Source: the human T2T-CHM13v2.0 reference genome, Homo sapiens
Reading direction: 5' to 3' (one strand)
NCBI RefSeq assembly: GCF_009914755.1
Contig: NC_060930.1
Length of the DNA: 64,000 nucleotides
Positions 14,501 through 25,908 of this stretch are shown here, piece by piece. The translations under genes and the position numbers were made by a program. The notes under the pieces are model-generated. The model did not search any database and had not been told where the DNA came from. It saw only the letters and a list, made by a program, of their open reading frames with translations. The stretch's first letter is position 1. Every line of letters begins with the position of its first letter.

Positions 14501-17500
14501 TTGTTTTGAACCGATGGTCACTGTGGGGAGAATTCCCACTTCCAGCGCTCTCTCCCGAGACTTCTTCCAGGAACCCGAGCTCTCAGTTCAATTGACCGTC
14601 CTTGTTTCAAGCCTTTGCTCACGCTCCTTCTTGCTAAGCCCACCCCACCTCGCAATTGAGAGCACACCCTGCTCTCTCCACTCTCACACTTCAATGCTCG
14701 GCTCTGCCTCCTTCCCGAACCTTTTTCTAACAGCTCAAACCCTCGGGATCTCCCCATCCCATTGAAAAGGGACAGTGCCTGTTGAAAGGAAGCTCTGTTA
14801 AATGTTAGTTGTTATAATGATTATCAGACTAGTTTCTCCATTCGCTGCGAACTTTTTTAAAGGTAATTTATTTTGAATTTTTTCTTAAACATTTCCTAAG
14901 AATGACTATAATTCTTCAAATTGTCTCTTATTTTTCTAAAGCCATAGCAAAGAGGAGGAACCGGTGACTTTCTAGAGGAATTCCTGGCAGGACACCCCCG
15001 CCCAGCAGGAGCTCTGGGGTTGTGGCGGTGGACAGGCTGCCACTGGCCAATGTCTCGTCTGAACTCAGCTGATGGCTTTCTCCAGATTCCCACCTTCATA
15101 GATTTGGGATGATTTTGAGGGAGAATCTGGTCCATATATAACCAGTCCTTTTTAAGTGAATTTTCTCTGCGTATGATGTATAAAGTCCCAAATTAAAGAA
15201 CTTGGAGAAGTTTTATGGATCAGTTTATGGCTGCATGAAAGTTGACTCTTTAAAAATGTGTGGCCTTTGGTTCTCGTAATATTTGTTCTGTTTGTTTCTG
15301 TTCAAGTTACTAATAAAAATTAATAAATTGGCTATTCTTGAGTCTTTGGAAACTGGTTGTGTTTCCAAAACAAATACACCTGCCTGTGATCATCATAAAA
15401 GTGATCTATCCAGAATTATCTGAGGTTGTAAATGTTAAGAAGAAAAGACAAAATTTAAAGCATCAAAAGGCTCTATGGAAACAAACTGCTCAGTAATCTG
15501 TGTTTTTGAGATGCATTTAATGATCCAGAGTTAAAATGCCAAAGTCATTTTGTTTTCCTCAATGTAGAAATAAATTACTTGGGAAAAGAGAGAGTTGTGG
15601 ATTAAAGACAATTACTGAAATTCTTATGACTTTGATTTTCATGGTAATTCATGTGATACAATTTTTTTAAAATCTCAGGTTTGAATCCTCAGTAAATTGT
15701 ACTTCTACAAGAATAATGGTTAATAAAAAAGTCATTCTATATGCTGTACAGATCTCTAATGGTCAGGCAGTAAAAATTCATTAAATATTCTAGGTCTAAC
15801 ACTAAAGAAAAAATAATTCAATCTCATAGAACTTTGTGGCTTGGAAGCTACATCATAATCTCAAAAATGAAATTCAATGTAATAAATACTCACTGAGGGC
15901 ATATCCAGGCCCAGAACTGGACTCTAAAGATGCAGAACTGGACAGGACACAGCCCTCCCCTCAAGCAGCTCAGCAACTCAGCATATGCCTGTGGGTTGCC
16001 ACTATTGACACCAGCTGCCATTGCACCGGAGTTTGAAACTATTACTGTTCTTTCTTTCTGATAGTTTGGATTCTGCATGAACTAGACTATTGATTAGAAG
16101 CGACCTGATTTATAGAGCAAGTTGCTTGGCTCAGTTGTACCTCGATTATTTATCTAAAAGACAAGGATGATGGGTCTGACCTTCGAGAGGCAATACTGTG
16201 AGGCTGCAAGTCACTTTTCTAACATCTTAAAACCTGTGCAGATCCCATTCTCATGTCAAGACAGACTATCAATCCTTCGTGAGCTGAAGTCTAATGAATC
16301 ACTCAGCAAACACATGCCTCCCCTCCCTCCCTCAGGGAGATGGATACCAGGGACCAAGAAGTCAAGATGAAGGACAAGGAGTTACTGCAGGAGAAGCCTT
16401 GCTGAGAACAGGAATTAAGAGACATATTGCGGAAGTGTCTCTGCCAAAGTACTGAGTTCGCCTACTATTTGGTAATAAGAACATTAGATTCTGTTCCAGA
16501 AACCACAAAATATGAACATAAATAGATGACCACATTACAAACATATTTTGAACGTAAGTGTATGAACATATTTATTATCATAAATATATGAACATAAATT
16601 CAGTGAAACAGTGAGGCTCCCTCAGGCCCAGGTGTGAAGTCCCCACTGTGTTGAAATAGCAGCTGCTCCCTGATGCTCTCCACGCTACCTTCACGGCGTT
16701 TTCTACTCCAGCTCTCCTGGATTTCACGTATTTTGTTTGTTTTCAGACTGATCCTCAAAGAGGCATCTTGACTTTCTGGTTTGGACACTGTCCTCACAGA
16801 ACAGCATCTGTAAAAGTTTTAGTTGCTCAGTGGTAACATTTGATGATAAGGAGAAAAAGCCCAACACAGTTATGCTTCCATTTTTTAAAAAAATACAAGC
16901 AGTGGACATTGAAGAGCCTGTGGCAGGTGAATGAGGGATTGAACATTAAATTCACAGAAAACAATATCTTTCCTTTCAAAAGAATCCCTTATGGGTTCCC
17001 ATTGGGAGTTACCTTATGACATTCAAAATATTATTCAATTTACAAAAAAAATTTGGGGGATGTGTACATGCAGAACAGGGAGAAAATAGTGTGGGAAAGA
17101 GTCTTCTATTCTGTGCTGATTTACTGCATTCCGGGTTGATGTGTTCAGAATGATGAAAACAACACATCAACCACTATTAGAACACATAAGATAAAGGTTG
17201 CTGCTGATGGTGAAAATGGTTAAATAAAAACTTTGGTCCTATACGTGGGGCTGGGGAAATAGAAGTCAAGTAATTATTATAATCAGAGGTCCTACATTCC
17301 TGAAAAAAATTATATTGGTGGGGTAAAATGAGTCCATTTAAATCCATCCTGTATAAAAGGGTAATCGATTTAAAAAAGTGTCCTAATAATGGTGATTGTT
17401 ACTTCAGAGTTGACTTATTCAATATCAGTCCCAGGAGAAGCTATTTGAATGATGTAGCCACTGATAGTCTCCAAGGCTTTCTGGTACTTTGCAATTCAAA

Positions 17501-17528
17501 GTTCACACATAATCTGATCTCCTATTTA

Positions 17529-17832
17529 TTTGTTTATTTATTTTTGAGACAGAGTCTCATGCTGTCACCCAGGCTGGCGTGCAGTGGTGCGATCTCAGCT
17601 CACTGCAACCACTGCCTCTCAGGATCAAGTGATTCTCATGCCTCAGCCCCCCAAGTAGCTGGGATTACAGGCATGCACCACCCCCGCACCCAGCTAATTT
17701 TATTTTTATTTTTATTTTTAGTAGAGATGGGATTTTGCCATGTTGGCCAGGCTGGTCTCAAACTCCTGACCTAAAGTGACCCACCTTCCTTGGCCTCCCA
17801 AAGTGCAGGGATTACAGACTGCACGCGGTCCC
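17529..17832 (-). mobile_element. Alu SINE (AluS/J)
   Basis: Reverse-complement Alu with (TTTA) tail; TSD GATCTCCTATTTA at 17516 and 17833. Confidence 0.92.
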
Positions 17833-19043
17833 GATCTCCTATTTAAAAGCAATTGGGGAAAATGTGTCCCTGTGCTATTACAGTCTTTGAACGTCCTCAA
17901 GAAATAGCCAATCAGGGAAATGGTGGCTCAGCTCCGGTAGGAAAAAAGAATCATAAAAGCCCCAGGTGTTTTATTTTTAAATCTTAACCCCACTTCTTTC
18001 TTTAAAGAGGAGGACACATGGCCCTCATGGATTGTTATTTGTTTGGGATTTCCCTGCTGAGTTTGGCTATGATCATGAAGATGCAAGCTTGGGAGACACA
18101 CTTGTTTTCAAAGACAAATCCATCTCCAAAGAAAATGAAATGCATTCCCTGAGCTGTGGGAACCAGGAACTACCCATGCTTGCCACTTCTGATTAAAGTA
18201 AGGCATTGAGAAGAGAATAGACAGAAAGAAGGAAGAAGCTGAAACAACAAACATCAGACCACCAAATAGCACAAATCATATGTCCTCCCTTTTTTTTGAG
18301 GGAATCAGTAATAACAAGGAACCCAAATGCCCATCCATCAAGATAGTCACTTTTATCCAATTCTCACTCTGAGCTCAAAAATGAAAACGTTAGAGCAAAG
18401 ACAGGGCGCCGGATTTGGAGACCAGGGAATGACCAGGCACATTTCCTAATGCACAGCCGGACAAGCTCAGAGTGCCATTAACACACCCCGCAGCATCTTC
18501 CCAAAACTTGTTCAAGAATTCCCTTAAATGTGTTAAACACAGGTTGGTGTGAAGGAGAGAGGGCAGTTCTAGACCCAGCGGGAAAGTAAGACAGAAACCA
18601 AGGCCGAGCCCTGGGCCTCAGGGTGGAAGATCAGGATAGAGTTGGCTTCTCTCCGGAGGCTCTGACACCTGCCAGGAAGAATGGCGACTCCATGGCAATT
18701 AGCAGCTGTAGGAACCAACTAAGGGCTCCAGGAGCACAGCCTTCTGCAACCGACTGGAACAAATGCTGGGTTAGGAAATGCGGCTTCCTCAAGAACTCAG
18801 AGGACAACTGCAGAGTTTGCTTCTATTCATCTTCATGGTGGAGCTGGAAGTTCACTAGAGACAGGTGTTTTTTCTTTCATTGTTTGCTTATTGAAAAATC
18901 AAGGCTCACAGACGTTGAATACAACCCTAAACTCTACAGCAAATCATCTCAAATGAAAACTCAACCCCCTGATTTGTGTCTGCCTCTCTAGAGTTCATCC
19001 ATGACTGAATTTCCCACTCGTAAAATAAAGATGAAACCAGAGG

Positions 19044-19234
19044 TAGAGTTGCCAGAGTCAGCAGAATAAAAGTAGAGGACACTCAGTTAAATTTGAATTT
19101 CAGAAAAACAACAAATACATGTTCAGTATAAATATATTCTATGCAATATTTGGTATGTGCTTATATTAAAACAATATCTCATTGCCTGGAATTCACATAT
19201 GACTGAGTGTCCTGTATCTTACCTGGCAACCCCA
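19044..19234. mobile_element. MER53 hAT MITE, full length, palindromic
   Basis: Termini TAGAGTTGCCAG...CTGGCAACCCCA; internal inverted arms AGGACACTCAGTTAAATTTGAATT / GAATTCACATATGACTGAGTGTCCT; perfect 8-bp TSD ACCAGAGG (19036-19043 / 19235-19242). Confidence 0.88.
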
Positions 19235-20172
19235 ACCAGAGGAAGAAACTAGCCCTCTCTACATCCAACAAAGAGGGAGGATGCTCTCCTGTCCCCCTAG
19301 ATGTCAATCACCCTTCACCAAACTTCTGCCTCCCAGCGCCTCCTCCTGAGCTCCAGCTTTTCTCTTTGCCAGTCACTTAAAGGGGTCCATGCAGAGCTGA
19401 TTGATGAAGAGTAGATTAACTTGACCTAGCCCAGCCCAGCCAACGTCCACTCACCAAATATTCTGAACTTGTTGGCACAAGAGAGCTTTTCTCTTCTGAT
19501 CAAGAAACTCTTGTTATTTTTAAACATTTCAACTAAAATATCATTTATTAATTTTGACATTGTAAGCAAAAATAAATACAATGCTTGCTGCACAGTGCAT
19601 CCTAAGTGTTTGTGAAATGAGGGAATGGATGAATGAGTGAGTGATTCGAAGTGAGGAAGAGCAGAGTTCCCACTGGGTCAGAAAGTGATTTTTCACATTT
19701 ACATTATAAACCCTTTTAGAAATACTGACTGCCTCCTGGGTATTTATATATAAATATTTACATGTGGCTCCAGCAGAAGAAAGAAAACCAGGGTACCTGT
19801 AGGCCATCCTTTCCTTTTGACTTGACTGCCCATGTTCTCTGCTTGCTCCTGTGTGCTGGGAAGGTGGGAGGGCCACCAGGATTAGGTTAGATTTGAGGTT
19901 AGATGGGCTGAGCGTGGCATAGTCATAAATGAAAGAATCTGTCACATCCTTGGGATGGAGCTGGAGAAACATTTTCTGAATAAATGCAATGCGCAGGAAG
20001 GAAAGGCCCTCGATGTCTCCACCCACCAATATGAGTAAACTTCAGCTCATACTTCCTGGCTCCACCCACCACCAAAAAAGGCTCCAAGTGTCACCAGAAA
20101 ATTCAGTGTATTTTGATTACTTTACTGAGAAGGGTCTCAATTTTGCTACCCAAGTCTCGTTGTAAAGCTAAG

Positions 20173-20665
20173 CCTATTTGCTTCCGAGGGTGGCTGTAAC
20201 AAAGGACAGCAGGGAGGCTTAAACCAGGAGAGATTTCTTCTCTCACTGTCTGGAGGCCAGAAGCTGGAACCCAGGTTTTAGCAGAGCCGTGCGCCCTCTG
20301 AGAGGCAGAGAATCCTTTCTGCCCCTCCCAGCTTCTGGTGGTGGCCATCACTGCTTGGTGGTTCTGAGTTTGCAGCTGATCGCACCAGTCACTGACCCTG
20401 TCATCATACCGTGTCCCCCTGTGGGATCGCGCCAGACCCTTATGCTGTCATTATACAGTGTCCCCTTGTGGGTGGCCTGGCCTCATGCAGTGTTTTCCTC
20501 TTCAGATAAAAACACCAGTCATAGGGGATTAGGGCCCTCCCTAGTGACTTCATCTGAATCTAACTACATCTGCAAAGAACTTATTCCCAAGTGAGATGAC
20601 ATGCACAGATACCTGGGTTTAGGACATCAACATGTCTTTTGGGGAACACAGTTCAACTCATGACA
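20173..20665 (-). mobile_element. MLT1B/C-like MaLR LTR
   Basis: GCTGTAACAAAG...CTGGAGGCCAGAAG...TACATCTGCAAAGAAC...GGGGAACACAGTTCAAC..ACA. Confidence 0.8.
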
Positions 20666-21134
20666 TTAAGTATCACAATATGTCCCATGTACCAGCCATT
20701 CTACAAAGCAGAAAGACTTGCAGGTAAATACCATTGTCCAACTCAAGGGCGTGGAGACAACGACAGCCAGGGACCAATTCCTCATTAGGATATGTACTGA
20801 GCATGGGCTGTAAGGCAGACTGTCCACTCCTCACATGATTCTATCTCACTCACGACTGCAGTGCATAAACAGGTGCTCACTGTTTGCAAAAAAAAAAATG
20901 TACATAAATAAACAAGGTACCAAGCTAACAAGTGAGTAACCAGCAAACATGGAATAGTTGTGAGCAAATATGGGCTTATTCACAATGGGCCATACTCTGT
21001 CAGATCTAAACCTTCACCAGTTATATAACTCACCACTGCTTTTTGTGCCACAAGGAAAAAAAAGTGTTGCCAACTAAACCATTGCACAGTGAATTCTTAT
21101 CACTGAGAATTGTATATGTATTAATAGAGTTCTT

Positions 21135-21461
<327 letters not shown>

Positions 21462-22344
21462 TTAGTCATGGTTTCGTATCCTATATCTCTTGTGCATAAA
21501 AATGAAAAGGAACACATAAGCAGTATGAAGAGCTAAGATGTTTTTAAAACTTTTTTGAATGCAGCATCCGCTGCTCCTAAGTCATGTCCCGGCTCACTCA
21601 GCCTCACTCACGCCTTCCCACGCGGTATCAGCCTCTGAGCAGCCAAGAGCCAGTTGGCTCCACTGTTGCCCCTGGACTTTTTCAAGCTGCCAACACCCAT
21701 TCTGTATATTTGGATGCTGATCCTTTGTAAGCTTAACAGAAGGTGTAATAGAGGGTTCCAGAAAGCAATCAAAATCACCTCAACCTCAAATGGTCTGAGT
21801 TACTGGGTAGTTGAAAGCCAAAGATTGGGATGTCCAGCTGTGGCACTAGGCGACAAGTCTAGATGACAAGTCGCTGGGCTGTGCATTGAGCTTGTTCTGA
21901 ATTTCACTCTTACAAACATTCTCACACATGCGGGCAAAAGTCGATCATGATTTCAGATCAACCACAATTACAATCAATTACCAGACACATCCTTATACTA
22001 AAGATGTTAAAATGTGAAGAAGAAGGGGAAAAAAAGTACAACTAGTGTTTGATGAATAACCTGGAATGATCAATGGTGATCATTGGTCAACTATTTGCTA
22101 GCTGTTGTCTTCTGTGAAAGTATCAGCAAAGGCCAGACCTCTGTTAGGAAATGCAGGCATCATCTAATCTTTGTGAAAGGCAGCTATACAGTTGTCTTTA
22201 GTGAGAGGCAGTAACACTTAAAGCAATTTCTGAATGAAATAAGAAATAATAACCATTTAAACGACAGAGCAGAAGCAAGCCATGCTGCGTGAATGTTTCA
22301 GAATATTTTTAAAGTCATTAATCAATATGCCTTTTGGGCATGGA

Positions 22345-22450
22345 ATGGTAGTGAGAATGAGATCCAGACTCTGGCTCCAGTCTTATGCTGTGTGGCCTCT
22401 TGCAAGCTCCTTCATCTTTCTGGATGCAGTTTTCTTCTGTGTAACATAAG
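22345..22450 (+). mobile_element. MIR SINE fragment
   Basis: GCTGTGTGGCCTCTTGCAAG..CTTCATCTTTCTGG..GCAGTTTTCTTCTGTGTAA core-like pattern. Confidence 0.55.
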
Positions 22451-22578
22451 ACTCTCAGGTTTATTCCAGATGCAACATTCTACTTTTGATTTTTCAGAAA
22501 AAGACCTCATAGCCATTTGCAGTCTGGCCCCTTGCTCAATAGGTCACTTGAAGCTCTTTCTTAAAAGTATGCACCAAA

Positions 22579-22587
22579 GTATAATAA

Positions 22588-22618
<31 letters not shown>

Positions 22619-22662
22619 ATAGTTACTGAAAAATAAAATAAAATAAAATATTCTAAAAAAAA
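22579..22662 (+). mobile_element. Ultra-5'-truncated L1-type TPRT insertion (L1 terminal bases + A-rich tail + short extra segment + poly(A))
   Basis: 16-bp TSD AAAAGTAYGCACCAAA (22563-22578 / 22663-22678) at a TT/AAAA site; insert begins (AAA)GTATAATAAT, as in the L1PA 3' terminus. Confidence 0.75.
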
Positions 22663-23099
22663 AAAAGTACGCACCAAACACTTTCTACGCAGGAGGATAA
22701 TTTCTAATTCAATAGCAGCATCCAGGCCCTCTTCCATGTGGCCTGCTTTGCAATGCAGGGGCACACTTTGAGATAATATTAGGGTATTTCAAAGAACTTT
22801 AGAGTGCCTCAAGTTCCACCTTCTTTACAGAACTAGAACTTTGCTTCAATACCCAATCCTTTGTTAAATACTCCTCTGAGAACGTGTTTATGTCTCAGCA
22901 AGGCAGCCAGTTCAATCAATCACTCAAATGGCTGGACAATTCTTTCCTGCCCAGTTGTCACAAACAATTGGAATAGAACAGGACGTCCAGACATGGACCC
23001 AGTAAGAGAGGACAGTGCCCAGCACACACAGCAGAAGGCTCACACTGAGCACCTAAAGACCATTGAAACACACATCGCCTGGTGGAAAATACACAAAGA

Positions 23100-24290
23100 A
23101 CATCAACAGATTGTTTAATAAAAAGAAAATGTCATCGGCTCTCAACCATACAGAGGCATACTCAAGCTGATACAAAATAAGAAAAATACAAAATTAAACT
23201 CAGTAAAGGTGTATTTTCAACTCTCAATTAGGCAATGATCAAAAAAGCTTAACAACAGCTGCTGACCAGGCCTAGAGGAAACAGGCGTCCGTATACATTG
23301 TTGGTGGGAATATAAATTGATAGAGTTTACAGGAAGGGGAATTTGACAATATCTACCAAAATACAAAAGCACGTAACTTGTACCTACCAATTCTACTTCT
23401 AAAATTATAAATCACAGAAGCAATTCTCAAGCTTTTTGGTTTTGGCACCACTTTATACTCCAAATCTTACTGAGGCCCCAAAGACTTTTGTTTACATGGG
23501 TTACATAGACTGACATTTACATTAAAAATTATAAGTGATGAACTTAAAAGAGATGTATTATATCATAAAATAATAATAATCCCATTGCATAACAATATAA
23601 AACACATTTTCATTAAAAGTGGTTATATTTTCCAAAAATATTAGTGAAAACAGGGCATTGTTTCACATTTTTACAAATTGGCCTGGGAGAAGACAACCAG
23701 ATTCCCAGCTCCACTTCTGCACTCGGCCCTAGTGAGGTGTGGTTTTGGTTGATGTCCCTGGAGGAAATCTGCCTGACTTGGGAATGAAGCTGCAAAAGAA
23801 AGCTACTTGCAGGAGAGGTGCGGGACTCGTTTTGGGAAGCTGAGTCTGACAGACAGCCACAGGCATGTGAAACCATGGTATCATTCCCTGAGGTGTTGCT
23901 TGTTAACAGCAGAGGACTGGCAACAATCCAAGGGTCCCTCGAAAGGGGGATGATTAAATAAACTACAGCCCATTTGTAAGAATGGAATTCTATGCAACTA
24001 TTAAAATGAATGATGTAGTGTATTAAGTACCGTTATGTGGAAATGAAAGATTTATCGATAAGCATAAAGTAAAAAATAATCTGCCGAGCCTATTTATATA
24101 AATATATAGTTTATATAAATATATAGTGTATATAAAATACATCTGGAAGGAAACGCAGTAAAGCATTATTGATAGTTACTTTCCCAGAAGGGATGGGGGC
24201 CTTCACATTAGGGCATCGGCAGGCTCACTTTTCATTTTACATCTTTTGTAGCTTTTGAATTTTCTACCATGTGTATATGTTATCAAGCCA
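23100..24290 (+). mobile_element. Old L1M 3' fragment interrupted by a hAT-Charlie-type DNA transposon relic (~23419-23790)
   Basis: L1 motifs ACATTGTTGGTGGGAATATAAATTG, CAATTCTACTTCTA, GAATGGAATTCTATGCAACTATTAAAATGAATG; inserted segment TGAGGCCCCAAAGACTTTTGTTTACATGGG...GGCATTGTTTCACATTTTTACAAAT. Confidence 0.6.
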
Positions 24291-25194
24291 AAATTAATTA
24301 ATCAATCACTGTAAATACAAATTTATAACCTATTCTGAAGACAAAATGAATTAATGCATGACAAAATGCCTGGCCCTTTGTAGATATTCAATAAATGTTA
24401 GCTGTTCTAGTTAATAATTTTATTATTATTATTAAATCATAGAATAACTCTAGTTTGGGTTATGTTTAGTCTCCAGTCTTCCACTACCTGGGTCACCCTT
24501 ATAAGTGCTACAACCCCTGACGGTCTCTCCTGAAAGTAGTTCCAGGTCTGGTCTGAACGCCACAGCACAATAGAACAGCCTCAGAAACCAGTTTAGGTTT
24601 TATTTTTGGGCGTTAAATATTTCCTGTAACCATATTTTGTTAGTCTAGTCATTATCGAAACAGTACCTTTGCCTTCCCCTATGGGTTCGATTAATTTCCC
24701 TTAGAGAAACCCTTCCAACACCTGGAGTCTTCACGCCTCCCCGTGTGCTTGGATCGGGAGCACAGAGTGAAGCTCTGATGCTCCCCGTGCTCCCTCATTC
24801 TACGTGTGCTCATTTTCCTCTAAGGATTTATTCCCACCTCGGGTTTTAAAATACCTCCCACATATACTTCCTAGATTTGTGCTTACAAACCAAGTCATCA
24901 ATAAATGTTATTTGTTTGATGTGTAATAATTCACTTTTCTATTTCACTTTGCCTTAGACTCACAAGATTTTAGACAACACCCATAATTCCTTCTCCACAT
25001 TACTCAGTAATCACAATCTAAATCTAAGATTCAATCTATTTAGGAAAAATACCACACACAAAAAATTCAAAATCATTTTGTTTCATGTTTTAAACAGCTA
25101 AAGTAGAAATAAGCATTTGACAAGCACGACTATAAACTGCAATGTGGTGGATCCCACACCCCTCTGATCCGAAACTCTGTCATTCCTGCACCAC

Positions 25195-25908
25195 GTAGAG
25201 ACACTGCGACACATTTCTCAGCCTTCACCGAGTCTCTGTGATCATGATGTCGAGATGCTGCCACATGTTTCTCAGCCTTCACCAACTCCATGAGATCGTG
25301 ACGTCGAGACACTGCGACACATTTCTCAGCCTTCACTGACTCCGTGTGACCATGTCATTGAGACGCTGCGACACATTTCTCAGCCTTCACCGGGTCCGTG
25401 TGACCATGACGTCGAGACGCTGGGACACATTTCTCAGCCTTCACCGGGTCCGTGTGACCGTGACATCGAGACGCTGGGACACATTTCTTAGCCTTCACCG
25501 AGTCTGTGTGACCATGACGTCAAGACACTGTGACACATTTTTCAGCCTTCACCGGGTCCGTGTGACCGTGACGTCGAGACGCTGGGACACATTTCTCAGC
25601 CTTCACCGAGTCTATGTGACCATGATGTCGAGATGCTGTGACACATTTCTCAGCCTTCACCGGGTCCGTGTGACCATGACGTCGAGACGCTGGGACACAT
25701 TTCTCAGCCTTAACCGAGTCCGTGTAGTCCGTGTGACCATGATGTCGAGACACTGCTATGCGTTTCTCAGCCTTCACCGGGTCCGTGTGACCATGACGTC
25801 GAGACACAGTGACACATTTCTCAGCCTTCACTGAGTCTGTATGACCATGATGTCGAGACACTGCTACACATTTCTCAGCTGTCACCGAGTCTGTGTGACC
25901 ATGATGTC
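25195..25908. repeat. VNTR, 54-bp unit, ~13 copies, CpG-rich
   Basis: Unit CTCAGCCTTCACCGGGTCCGTGTGACCATGACGTCGAGACGCTGGGACACATTT; gives the 18-aa periodicity seen in the ORF track. Confidence 0.95.

Noticed and set aside
25195-25908. CRISPR-like appearance of the regularly spaced repeats
   Set aside because: Units are head-to-tail with no unique spacers, the context is eukaryotic, and there are no cas genes
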